From Eledone cirrhosa (taxonomy: Eukaryota), in assembly GCA_964016885.1 (NCBI GenBank), contig OZ024744.1:5270001-5334000 (forward strand): a stretch of DNA of 64,000 bases. The letters run 5' to 3'. Within the stretch, counting starts at the first letter, position 1, and every line of letters starts with the position of its first letter. The position numbers and the translations under genes are program-made. This document shows, piece by piece, positions 40,001-52,400 of the stretch. The notes below the pieces were generated by a model. It had not been told where the DNA came from. It made no database searches and saw only the letters and a program-made list of their open reading frames with translations.

Positions 40001-40465
40001 TAGACAGTGGTGTTGGTAGCAGAGGTCTATCTTGGTAGACAGTGGTGGTGGTAGCAGAGGTCTATCTTGTTAGACAGTGTTGTTGGTAGCAGAGGTCTAT
40101 CTTAGTAGACAGTGGTGTTGGTAGCAGAGGTCTATCCTGGTAGACAGTGGTGTTGGTAGCAGAGGTCTATCTTGGTAGACAGTAGTGTTGGTAGCAGAGG
40201 TCTATCTTGGTAGACAGTGGTGTTGGTAGATGAGGTCTAACTTGGTAGACAGTGGTGTTGGTAGCAGAGGTCTATCTTAGCAGACAGTGGTGTTGGTAGC
40301 AGAGGTCTACCTTGGTAGACAGTGGTGTCGGTAGCAGAGCTCTATCCTGGTAGACAGTGGTGTTGGTAGCAGAGGTCTATCTTGGTAGACAGTGAGGTTG
40401 GTAGCAGAGGTCTATGTTGGTAGACAGTGGTGTCGGTAGCAGAGCTCTATCTTGGTAGACAGTGG
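16050..40465. repeat. Higher-order tandem duplication, period 12,138 bp (347 monomers minus 7 bp); copy 1 ~16050-28187, copy 2 ~28188-40465 (140 bp longer)
   Basis: Deletion markers all offset by 12,138: 16162/28300, 18082/30220, 21270/33408, 23291/35429, 24834/36972, 26587/38725; also GGACTATG 17741/29879. After ~27200 the offset becomes 12,278 (GATGAGGTCTAAC 27951/40229). Confidence 0.92.
23545..24415. repeat. Duplication at 455-bp offset (13 monomers) nested in the 12.1-kb unit; also present at ~35685-36555
   Basis: AGACAATGAG at 23841/24296 and at 35979/36434, preceded by the same GGTTTATC, GGTATATC..GGCAG, GAGCTC and CTTTC units. Confidence 0.85.
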
Positions 40466-43400
40466 TGTTGGTAGCAGAAGTCTATCTTGGTAGACAGTGA
40501 GGTTGGGAGCAGAGGTCTATGTTGGTAGACAGTGGTGTTGGTAGCAGAGGTCTATCTTGGTAGACAGTGGTGTTGGTAGGAGAGGTTTATCTTGGTAGAC
40601 AGTGGTGTTGGTAGCAGAGGTCTATGTTGGTAGACAGTGGTGTTGGTAGCAGAGGTATATCTTGGTAGGCAGTGGTGTTGGTAGCAGAGCTCTATCTTGG
40701 TAGACAGTGGTGTTGGTAGCAGAGGTCTATCTTGGTAGACAGTGGTGTTGGTAGCAGAGGTCTATGTTAGTAGAAAGTGAGGTTGGTAGCAGAGGTCTAT
40801 CTTGGTAGACAGTGAGGGTGGTAGCAGAGGTCTATCTTGGTAAACAGAGGTGTTGGTAGCAGAGGTCTATCTTGGTAGACAGTGAGGTTGGTATCAGAGG
40901 TCTATCTTGGTAGACAGTGAGGTTGGTAGCAGAGGTCTATGTTGGTAGACAGTGGTGTTGGTAGCATAGGTCTATCTTGGTAGACAGTGGTGTTGGTAGC
41001 AGAGGTCTATGTTGGTAGACAGTGGTGTTGGTAGTAGAGGTCTATCTTGGTAGACAGTGGTGTTGGTAGCAGATGTCTATCTTGGTAGACAGTGGTGTTG
41101 GTAGCAGAGGTCTATCTTGGTAGACAGTGGTGTTGGTAGCAAATATCTATCTTGGTAGACAGTGGTGTTGGTAGCAGAGGTCTATGTTGGTAGACAGTGG
41201 TGTTGGTAGCAGAGGTCTATCTTGGTAGACAGTGGTGTTGGTAGCAGAGGTCTATCTTGGTAGACAGTGGTGTTGGTAGCAGAGGTCTATCTTGGTAGAC
41301 AGTGGTGTTGGTAGCAGAGGTCTATCTTGGTAGACAGTGGTGTTGGTAGCAGAGGTCTATGTTGGTAGACAGTGAGGTTGGTAGCAGAGGTCTATGTTGG
41401 TAGACAGTGGTGTTGGTAGCAGAGGTCTATCTTGGTAGACAGTGGTGTTGGTAGAAGAGGTCTATGTTGGTAGACAGTGAGGTTGGTAGCAGAGGTCTAT
41501 CTTGGTAGACAGTGAAGTTGGTAGCACAGGTCTATCTTGGTAGACAGTGAGGGTGGTAGCAGAGGTCTATCTTGGTAGACAGTGGTGTTCGTAGCAGAGG
41601 TCTATCTTGGTAGACAGTGGTGTTGGTAGCAGAGGTCTAACTTGGTAGACAGTGAGGTTGGTAGCAGATGTCTATCTTGGTAGACAGTGGTGTTGGTAGC
41701 AGAGGTCTATCTTGGTAGACAGTGGGGTGGGTAGCAGAGGTCTATGTTGGTAGACAGTGGTGTTGGTAGCAGAGGTCTATGTTGGTAGACAGTGGTGTTG
41801 GTAGCAGAGGTCTATGTTGGTAGACAGTGGTGTTGGTAGCAGAGGTTAATCTTGGTAGACAGTGGTGTTGGTAGCAGAGATCTATCTTGGTAGACAGTAG
41901 TGTTGGTAGCAGAGGTCTATGTTGGTAGACAGTGGTGTTTGTAGCAGAGGTCTATGTTGGTAGACAGTGGTGTTGGAAGCAGAGGTCTATCTTAGTAGAC
42001 AGTGGTGTTGGTACTGAGGTCTATGTTGGTAGACAGTGAGGTTGGTAGCAGAGGTCTATATTGGTAGACAGTGAGGTTGGTAGCAGAGGTATATCTTGGT
42101 AGACAGTGAGGTTGGTAGCAGAGCTCTATCTTGGTAGACAGTGGTGTTGGTAGCAGAGGTCTATCTTGGTAGACAGTGGTGTTGGTAGCAGAGGTCTATC
42201 TTGGTAGACAGTGGTGTTGGTAGCAGAGGTCTATGTTGGTAGACAGTGGTGTTGGTAGCAGAGGTATATCTTGGTAGGCAGTGGTGTTGGTAGCAGAGCT
42301 CTATCTTGGTAGACAGTGGTGTTGGTAGCAGAGGTCTTTCTTGGTAGACAGTGGTGTTGCTAGCAGAGGTCTATGTTGGTAGAAAGTGAGGTTGGTAGCT
42401 GAGATCTATGTTGGTAGACAGTGGTTTTGGTAGCAGAAGTCTATCTTGGTAGACAGTGAGGTTGGTAGCAGAGGTCTATCTTGGTAGACAGTGGTGTTGG
42501 TAGCAGAGGTCTATCTTGGTAGACAGTGGTGTTGGTAGCAGAGGTCTATCTTGGTAGACAGTGGTGTTGGTAGCAGAAGTCTATCTTGGTAGACAGTGGT
42601 GTTGGTAGCAGAGGTCTATCTTGGTAGACAGTGGTGTTGCTAGCAGAGGTCTATCTTGGTAGACAGTGGTGTTGCTAGCAAAGGTCTATGTTGGTAGACA
42701 GTGAGGTTGGTAGCAGAGGTCTATCTTGGTAGACAGTGAGGGTGGTTGCAGAGGTCTATCTTGGTAGACAGTGGTGTTGGTAGCAGAGGTCTAGCTTGGT
42801 AGACAGTGAGGTTGGTATCAGAGGTCTATCTTGGTAGACAGTGAGGTTGGTAGCAGAGGTCTATGTTGGTAGACAGTGGTGTTGGTAGCATAGGCCTATC
42901 TTGGTAGACAGTGGTGTTGGTAGCAGAGGTCTATGTTGGTAGACAGTGGTGTTGGTAGTAGAGGTCTATCTTGGTAGACAGTGGTGTTGGTAGCAGATGT
43001 CTATCTTGGTAGACAGTGGTGTTGGTAGCAGAGGTCTATCTTGGTAGACAGTGGTGTTGGTAGCAGATATCTATCTTGGTAGACAGTGGTGTTGGTAGCA
43101 GAGGTCTATGTTGGTAGACAGTGGTGTTGGTAGCAGAGGTCTATCTTGGTAGTCAGTGGTGTTGGTAGCAGAGGTCTATCTTGGTAGACAGTGGTGTTGG
43201 TAGCAGAGGTCTATGTTGGTAGACAGTGAGGTTGGTAGCAGAGGTCTATCTTGGTAGACAGTGGTGTTGGTAGCAGAGGTCTATGTTGGTAGACAGTGGT
43301 GTTGGTAGCAGAGGTCTATCTTGGTAGATAGTGAGGTTGGTAGTAGAGGTCTATGTTGGTAGACATTGGTGTTGGTAGCAGAGTTCTATCTTGGTAGACA

Positions 43401-46400
43401 GTGGTGTTGGTAGCAGAGGTCTATGTTGGTAGACAGTGGTGTTGGTAATAGAGGTCTATCTTGGTAGACAGTGGTGTTGGTAGCAGATGTCTATCTTGGT
43501 AGACAGTGGTTTTGGTACCAGAGGTCTATCTTGGTAGACAGTGGTGTTGGTAGGAGAGGTCTATCTTGGTAGACAGTGGTGTTGGTAGCAGAGGTCTATC
43601 TTGGTAGAAAGTGGTGTTGGTAGGAGAGGTCTATCTTGGTAGACAGTGGTGTTGGTAGCAGAGGTCTATCTTGGTAGACAGTGGTGTTGGTAGCAGAGGT
43701 CTATATTGGTAGACAGTGGTGTTGGTAGCAGATGTCTATCTTGGTAGACAGTGGTGTTGGTAGCAGAGGTCTATCTTGGTAGACAGTGGTGGTGGTAGCA
43801 GAGGTCTATCTTGTTAGACAGTGTTGTTGGTAGCAGAGGTCTATCTTAGTAGACAGTGGTGTTGGTAGCAGAGGTCTATCCTGGTAGACAGTGGTGTTGG
43901 TAGCAGAGGTCTATCTTGGTAGACAGTAGTGTTGGTAGCAGAGGTCTATCTTGGTAGACAGTGGTGTTGGTAGCTGAGGTCTAACTTGGTAGACAGTGGT
44001 GTTGGTAGCAGAGGTCTATCTTAGTAGACAGTGGTTTGGTAGCAGAGGTCTACCTTGGTAGACAGTGGTGTCGGTAGCAGAGCTCTATCCTGGTAGACAG
44101 TGGTGTTGGTAGCAGAGGTCTATCTTGGTAGACAGTGAGGTTGGTAGCAGAGGTCTATGTTGGTAGACAGTGGTGTCGCTAGCAGAGCTCTATCTTGGTA
44201 GACAGTGGTGTTGGTAGCAGAAGTCTATCATGGTAGACAGTGAGGTTGGGAGCAGAGGTCTATGTTGGTAGACAGTGGTGTTGGTAGCAGAGGTCTATCT
44301 TGGTAGACAGTGGTGTTGGTAGCAGAGGTTTATCTTGGTAGACAGTGGTGTTGGTAGCAGAGGTCTATGTTGGTAGACAGTGGTGTTGGTAGCAGAGGTA
44401 TATCTTGGTAGGCAGTGGTGTTGGTAGCAGAGCTCTATCTTGGTAGACAGTGGTGTTGGTAGCAGAGGTCTATCTTGGTAGACAGTGGTGTTGGTAGCAG
44501 AGGTCTTTCTTGGTAGACAGTGGTGTTGGTAGCAGAGGTCTATGTTGGTAGAAAGTGAGGTTGGTAGCAGAGGTCTATCTTGGTAGACAATGAGGTTGGT
44601 AGCAGAGGTCTATGTTGGTAGACAGTGGTGTTGGTAGCATAGGTCTATCTTGGTAGACAGTGGTGTTGGTAGCAGAGGTCTATGTTGGTAGACAGTGGTG
44701 TTGGTAGTAGAGGTCTATCTTGGTAGACAGTGGTGTTGGTAGCAGATGTCTATCTTGGTAGACAGTGGTGTTGGTAGCAGAGGTCTATCTTGGTAGACAG
44801 TGGTGTTGGTAGCAAATATCTATCTTGGTAGACAGTGTTGTTGGTAGCAGAGTTCTATGTTGGTAGACAGTGGTGTTGGTAGCAGAGGTCTATCTTGGTA
44901 GACAGTGAGGGTGGTTGCAGAGGTCTATCTTGGTAGACAGTGGTGTTGGTAGCAGAGGTCTATCTTGGTAGACAGTGAGGTTGGTATCAGAGGTCTATCT
45001 TGGTAGACAGTGAGGTTGGTAACAGAGGTCTATGTTGGTAGACAGTGGTGTTGGTAGCATAGGTCTATCTTGGTAGACAGTGGTGTTGGTAGCAGAGGTC
45101 TATGTTGGTAGACAGTGGTGTTGGTAGTAGAGGTCTATCTTGGTAGACAGTGGTGTTGGTAGCAGATGTCTATCTTGGTAGACAGTGGTGTTGGTAGCAG
45201 AGGTTAATCTTGGTAGACAGTGGTGTTGGTAGCAGAGGTCTATGTTGGTAGACAGTGGTGTTGATAGCAGAGGTTAATCTTGGTAGACAGTGGTGTTGGT
45301 AGCAGAGGTCTATCTTGGTAGACAGTGGTGTTGGTAGAAGAGGTCTATCTTGGTAGACAGTGGTGTTGGTAGCAGAGGTCTATGTTGGTAGACAGTGGTG
45401 TTGGTAGCAGAGGTCTATCTTGGTAGACAGTGAGGGTGGTTGCAGAGGTCTATCTTGGTAGACAGTGGTGTTGCTAGCAAAGGTCTATGTTGGTAGACAG
45501 TGAGGTTGGTAGCAGAGGTCTATCTTGGTAGACAGTGAGGGTGGTTGCAGAGGTCTATCTTGGTAGACAGTGGTGTTGGTAGCAGAGGTCTAGCTTGGTA
45601 GACAGTGAGGTTGGTATCAGAGGTCTATCTTGGTAGACAGTGAGGTTGGTAGCAGAGGTCTATGTTGGTAGACAGTGGTGTTGGTAGCATAGGCCTATCT
45701 TGGTAGACAGTGGTGTTGGTAGCAGAGGTCTATGTTGGTAGACAGTGGTGTTGGTAGTAGAGGTCTATCTTGGTAGACAGTGGTGTTGGTAGCAGATGTC
45801 TATCTTGGTAGACAGTGGTGTTGGTAGCAGAGGTCTATCTTGGTAGACAGTGGTGTTGGTAGCAGATATCTATCTTGGTAGACAGTGGTGTTGGTAGCAG
45901 AGGTCTATGTTGGTAGACAGTGGTGTTGGTAGCAGAGGTCTATCTTGGTAGTCAGTGGTGTTGGTAGCAGAGGTCTATCTTGGTAGACAGTGGTGTTGGT
46001 AGCAGAGGTCTATGTTGGTAGACAGTGAGGTTGGTAGCAGAGGTCTATCTTGGTAGACAGTGGTGTTGGTAGCAGAGGTCTATGTTGGTAGACAGTGGTG
46101 TTGGTAGCAGAGGTCTATCTTGGTAGATAGTGAGGTTGGTAGTAGAGGTCTATGTTGGTAGACATTGGTGTTGGTAGCAGAGTTCTATCTTGGTAGACAG
46201 TGGTGTTGGTAGCAGAGGTCTATGTTGGTAGACAGTGGTGTTGGTAATAGAGGTCTATCTTGGTAGACAGTGGTGTTGGTAGCAGATGTCTATCTTGGTA
46301 GACAGTGGTGTTGGTACCAGAGGTCTATCTTGGTAGACAGTGGTGTTGGTAGGAGAGGTCTATCTTGGTAGACAGTGGTGTTGGTAGCAGAGGTCTATCT

Positions 46401-49400
46401 TGGTAGACAGTGGTGTTGGTAGGAGAGGTCTATCTTGGTAGACAGTGGTGTTGGTAGCAGAGGTCTATCTTGGTAGACAGTGGTGTTGGTAGCAGAGGTC
46501 TATATTGGTAGACAGTGGTGTTGGTAGCAGATGTCTATCTTGGTAGACAGTGGTGTTGGTAGCAGAGGTCTATCTTGGTAGACAGTGGTGGTGGTAGCAG
46601 AGGTCTATCTTGTTAGACAGTGTTGTTGGTAGCAGAGGTCTATCTTAGTAGACAGTGGTGTTGGTAGCAGAGGTCTATCCTGGTAGACAGTGGTGTTGGT
46701 AGCAGAGGTCTATCTTGGTAGACAGTAGTGTTGGTAGCAGAGGTCTATCTTGGTAGACAGTGGTGTTGGTAGCTGAGGTCTAACTTGGTAGACAGTGGTG
46801 TTGGTAGCAGAGGTCTATCTTAGTAGACAGTGGTTTGGTAGCAGAGGTCTACCTTGGTAGACAGTGGTGTCGGTAGCAGAGCTCTATCCTGGTAGACAGT
46901 GGTGTTGGTAGCAGAGGTCTATCTTGGTAGACAGTGAGGTTGGTAGCAGAGGTCTATGTTGGTAGACAGTGGTGTCGGTAGCAGAGCTCTATCTTGGTAG
47001 ACAGTGGTGTTGGTAGCAGAAGTCTATCATGGTAGACAGTGAGGTTGGGAGCAGAGGTCTATGTTGGTAGACAGTGGTGTTGGTAGCAGAGGTCTATCTT
47101 GGTAGACAGTGGTGTTGGTAGCAGAGGTTTATCTTGGTAGACAGTGGTGTTGGTAGCAGAGGTCTATGTTGGTAGACAGTGGTGTTGGTAGCAGAGGTAT
47201 ATCTTGGTAGGCAGTGGTGTTGGTAGCAGAGCTCTATCTTGGTAGACAGTGGTGTTGGTAGCAGAGGTCTATCTTGGTAGACAGTGGTGTTGGTAGCAGA
47301 GGTCTTTCTTGGTAGACAGTGGTGTTGGTAGCAGAGGTCTATGTTGGTAGAAAGTGAGGTTGGTAGCAGAGGTCTATCTTGGTAGACAATGAGGTTGGTA
47401 GCAGAGGTCTATGTTGGTAGACAGTGGTGTTGGTAGCATAGGTCTATCTTGGTAGACAGTGGTGTTGGTAGCAGAGGTCTATGTTGGTAGACAGTGGTGT
47501 TGGTAGTAGAGGTCTATCTTGGTAGACAGTGGTGTTGGTAGCAGATGTCTATCTTGGTAGACAGTGGTGTTGGTAGCAGAGGTCTATCTTGGTAGACAGT
47601 GGTGTTGGTAGCAAATATCTATCTTGGTAGACAGTGTTGTTGGTAGCAGAGTTCTATGTTGGTAGACAGTGGTGTTGGTAGCAGAGGTCTATCTTGGTAG
47701 ACAGTGAGGGTGGTTGCAGAGGTCTATCTTGGTAGACAGTGGTGTTGGTAGCAGAGGTCTATCTTGGTAGACAGTGAGGTTGGTATCAGAGGTCTATCTT
47801 GGTAGACAGTGAGGTTGGTAACAGAGGTCTATGTTGGTAGACAGTGGTGTTGGTAGCATAGGTCTATCTTGGTAGACAGTGGTGTTGGTAGCAGAGGTCT
47901 ATGTTGGTAGACAGTGGTGTTGGTAGTAGAGGTCTATCTTGGTAGACAGTGGTGTTGGTAGCAGATGTCTATCTTGGTAGACAGTGGTGTTGGTAGCAGA
48001 GGTTAATCTTGGTAGACAGTGGTGTTGGTAGCAGAGGTCTATGTTGGTAGACAGTGGTGTTGATAGCAGAGGTTAATCTTGGTAGACAGTGGTGTTGGTA
48101 GCAGAGGTCTATCTTGGTAGACAGTGGTGTTGGTAGAAGAGGTCTATCTTGGTAGACAGTGGTGTTGGTAGCAGAGATCTATGTTGGTAGACAGTGGTGT
48201 TGGTAGCAGAGGTCTATCTTAGTAGACAGTGGTGTTGGTAGCAGAGGTCTATCTTGGTAGACAGTGAAGTTGGTAGCAGAGGTCTATCTTGGTAGACAGT
48301 GAGGTTGGTAGCAGAGGTCTATCTTGGTAGACAGTGGTGTTGGTAGCAGAGGTCTATCTTGGTAGACAGTGAGGTTGGTAACAGAGGTCTATCTTGGTAG
48401 ACAGTGGTGTTGTAGCAGAGGTCTATCTCGGTAGACAGTGAAGTTGGTAGCAGAGGTCTATGCTGGTAGACAGTGGTGTTGGTAGCAGAGGTCTATCTTG
48501 GTAGACAGTGGTGTTGGTAGCAGAGGTCTATCTTGGTAGACAGTGCTGTTGGTAGCAGAGGTCTATGTTGGTAGACAGTGAGGTTGGTAGCAGAGGTCTA
48601 TCTTGGTAGATAGTGATGTTGGTAGCAGAGGTCTATCTTGGTAGACAGTGAGGTTGGTATGAGAGGTCTATCTTGGTAGACAGTGGTGTTGGTAGCAGAG
48701 GTCTATGTTGGTAGACAGTGGTGTTGGTAGCAGAGGTCTATCTTGGTAGATAGTGAGGTTGGTAGTAGAGGTCTATGTTGGTAGACATTGGTGTTGGTAG
48801 CAGAGTTCTATCTTGGTAGACAGTGGTGTTGGTAATAGAGGTCTATCTTGGTAGACAGTGGTGTTGGTAGCAGATGTCTATCTTGGTAGACAGTGGTGTT
48901 GGTAGCAGAGGTCTATCTTGGTAGACAGTGGTGTTGGTAGCAGAGGTCTATCTTGGTAGACAGTGGTGTTGGTAGCAGAGGTTTATCTTGGTAGACAGTG
49001 GTGTTGGTAGCATATGTCTATCTTGGTAGACAGTGGTGTTGGTAGCAGAGGTCTTTCTTGGTAGACAGTGGTGTTGGTAGCAGAGGTCTATGTTGGTAGA
49101 AAGTGAGGTTGGTAGCAGAGGTCTATCTTGGTAGACAGTGGTGTTGGTAGCAGAGGTCTATCTTGGTAGACAGTGATGTTGGTAGAAGAGGTCTATGTTG
49201 GTAGAAAGTGAGGTTGGTAGCAGAGGTCTATCTTGGTAGACAGTGGTGTTGGTAGCAGAGGTTTATATTGGTAGACAGTGGTGTTGGTAGCAGAGGTTTA
49301 TCTTGGTAGACATTGAGGTTGGTAGCAGAGGTCTATATTGGTAGACAGTGGTGTTGGTAGCAGAGGTCTATGTTGGTAGACAGTGGAGTTGGTAGCAGAG

Positions 49401-52400
49401 GTCTATCTTGGTAGACAGTGGTGTTGGTAGCAGAGGTCTATATTGGTAGACAGTGGTGTTGGTAGCAGAGGTCTATCTTGGTAGACAGTGAGGTTGGTAG
49501 CAGAGGTCTATCTTCGTAGACAGTGAGGTTGGTAGCAGAGGTCTATCTTGGTAGACAGTGGTGTTGGTAGCAGAGGTCTATGTTGGTAGACAGTGAGGTT
49601 GGTAGCAGAGGTCTATCTTGGTAGACAGTGAAGTTGGTAGCAGAGGTCTATCTTGGTAGACAGTGAGGGTGGTAGCAGAGGTCTATCTTGGTAGACAGTG
49701 GTGTTCGTAGCAGAGGTCTATCTTGGTAGACAGTGGTGTTGGTAGCAGAGGTCTATCTTGGTAGACAGTGAGGTTGGTAGCAGAGGTCTATCTTGGTAGA
49801 CAGTGGTGTTGGTAGCAGAGGTCTATCTTGGTAGACAGTGGGGTGGGTAGCAGAGGTCTATCTTGGTAGACAGTGGTGTTGGTAGCAGAGGTCTATCTTG
49901 GTAGACAGTGGTGTTGGTAGCAGAGGTCTATGTTGGTAGACAGTGGTGTTGGTAGCAGAGGTTAATCTTGGTAGACAGTGGTGTTGGTAGCAGAGGTCTA
50001 TCTTGGTAGACAGTGGTGTTGGTAGCAGAGATCTATCTTGGTAGACAGTAGTGTTGGTAGCAGAGGTCTATGTTGGTAGACAGTGGTGTTTGTAGCAGAG
50101 GTCTATGTTGGTAGACAGTGGTGTTGGAAGCAGAGGTCTATCTTAGTAGACAGTGGTGTTGGTACATAGGTCTATGTTGGTAGACAGTGAGGTTGGTAGC
50201 AGAGGTCTATATTGGTAGACAGTGAGGTTGGTAGCAGAGGTCTATCTTGGTAGACAGTGAGGTTGGTAGCAGAGCTCTATCTTGGTAGAAAGTGGTGTTG
50301 GTAGCAGAGGTCTATGTTGGTAGACAGTGGTGTTGGTAGCAGAGGTTTATCTTGGTAGACAGTGGTGTTGGTAGCAGAGGTCTATGTTGGTAGACAGTGG
50401 TGTTGGTAGCAGAGGTATATCTTGGTAGGCAGTGGTGTTGGTAGCAGAGCTCTATCTTGGTAGACAGTGGTGTTGGTAGCAGAGGTCTTTCTTGGTAGAC
50501 AGTGGTGTTGCTAGCAGAGGTCTATGTTGGTAGAAAGTGAGGTTGGTAGCTGAGGTCTATGTTGGTAGACAGTGGTGTTGGTAGCAGAAGTCTATCTTGG
50601 TAGACAGTGAGGTTGGTAGCAGAGGTCTATCTTGGTAGACATTGGTGTTGGTAGCAGAGGTCTATCTTGGTAGACAGTGGTGTTGGTAGCAGAGGTCTAT
50701 CTTGGTAGACAGTGGTGTTGGTAGCAGAGGTCTATCTTGGTAGACAGTGGTGTTGGTAGCAGAGGTCTATCTTGGTAGACAGTGGTGTTGCTAGCAGAGG
50801 TCTATCTTGGTAGACAGTGGTGTTGGTAGCAAAGGTCTATGTTGGTAGACAGTGAGGTTGGTAGCAGAGGTCTATCTTGGTAGACAGTGAGGGTGGTTGC
50901 AGAGGTCTATCTTGGTAGACAGTGGTGTTGGTAGCAGAGGTCTATCTTGGTAGACAGTGAGGTTGGTATCAGAGGTCTATCTTGGTAGACAGTGAGGTTG
51001 GTAGCAGAGGTCTATGTTGGTAGACAGTGGTGTTGGTAGCATAGGTCTATCTTGGTAGACAGTGGTGTTGGTAGCAGAGGTCTATGTTGGTAGACAGTGG
51101 TGTTGGTAGTAGAGGTCTATCTTGGTAGACAGTGGTGTTGGTAGCAGATGTCTATCTTGGTAGACAGTGGTGTTGGTAGCAGAGGTCTATCTTGGTAGAC
51201 AGTGGTGTTGGTAGCAGATATCTATCTTGGTAGACAGTGGTGTTGGTAGCAGAGGTCTATGTTGGTAGACAGTGGTGTTGGTAGCAGTGGTCTATCTTGG
51301 TAGTCAGTGGTGTTGGTAGCAGAGGTCTATCTCGGTAGACAGTGGTGTTGGTAGCAGAGGTCTATGTTGGTAGACAGTGAGGTTGGTAGCAGAGGTCTAT
51401 CTTGGTAGACAGTGGTGTTGGTAGAAGAGATCTATGTTGGTAGACAGTGAGGTTGGTAGCAGAGGTTTATCTTGGCAGACAGTGAGGTTGGTAGCAGAGG
51501 TCTATCTTGGTAGACAGTGGTGTTGGTAGCAGAGGTCTATCTTGGTAGACAGTGAGGTTGGTAGCAGATGTCTATCTTGGTAGACAGTGGTGTTGGTAGC
51601 AGAGATCTATCTTGGTAGACAGTGAGGTTGGTAGCAGAGGTCTATCTTGGTAGACAGTGGTGTTGGTAGCAGAGGTCTATCTTGGTAGACAGTGGTGTTG
51701 GTAGCAGAGGTCTATGTTGGTAGACAGTGGTGTTGATAGCAGAGGTTAATCTTGGTAGACAGTGGTGTTGGTAGCAGAGGTCTATCTTGGTAGACAGTGG
51801 TGTTGGTAGCAGAGGTCTATCTTGGTAGACAGTGGTGTTGGTAGCAGAGGTCTATGTTGGTAGACAGTGGTGTTTGTAGCAGAGGACTATGTTGGTAGAC
51901 AGTGGTGTTGGTAGCAGAGGTCTATCTTGGTAGACATTGAGGTTGGTAGCAGAGGTCTATCTTGGTAGACAGTGGTGTTGGTAGCAGAGATCTATGTTGG
52001 TAGACAGTGGTGTTGGTAGCAGAGGTCTATCTTAGTAGACAGGTGTGTTGGTAGCAGAGGTCTATCTTGGTAGACAGTGAAGTTGGTAGCAGAGGTCTAT
52101 CTTGGTAGACAGTGAGGTTGGTAGCAGAGGTCTATCTTGGTAGACAGTGGTGTTGGTAGCAGAGGTCTATCTTGGTAGACAGTGAGGTTGGTAACAGAGG
52201 TCTATCTTGGTAGACAGTGGTGTTGTAGCAGAGGTCTATCTCGGTAGACAGTGAGGTTGGTAGCAGAGGTCTATGCTGGTAGACAGTGGTGTTGGTAGCA
52301 GAGGTCTATCTTGGTAGACAGTGGTGTTGGTAGCAGAGGTCTATCTTGGTAGACAGTGGTGTTGGTAGCAGAGGTCTATGTTGGTAGACAGTGAGGTTGC

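Noticed and set aside
52041-52050. Unique AGGTGTGTTG unit (TG>GT swap, or a compensated deletion plus insertion)
   Set aside because: It is a singleton absent from homologous blocks (~17900, ~30040) and cannot be distinguished from a consensus error.
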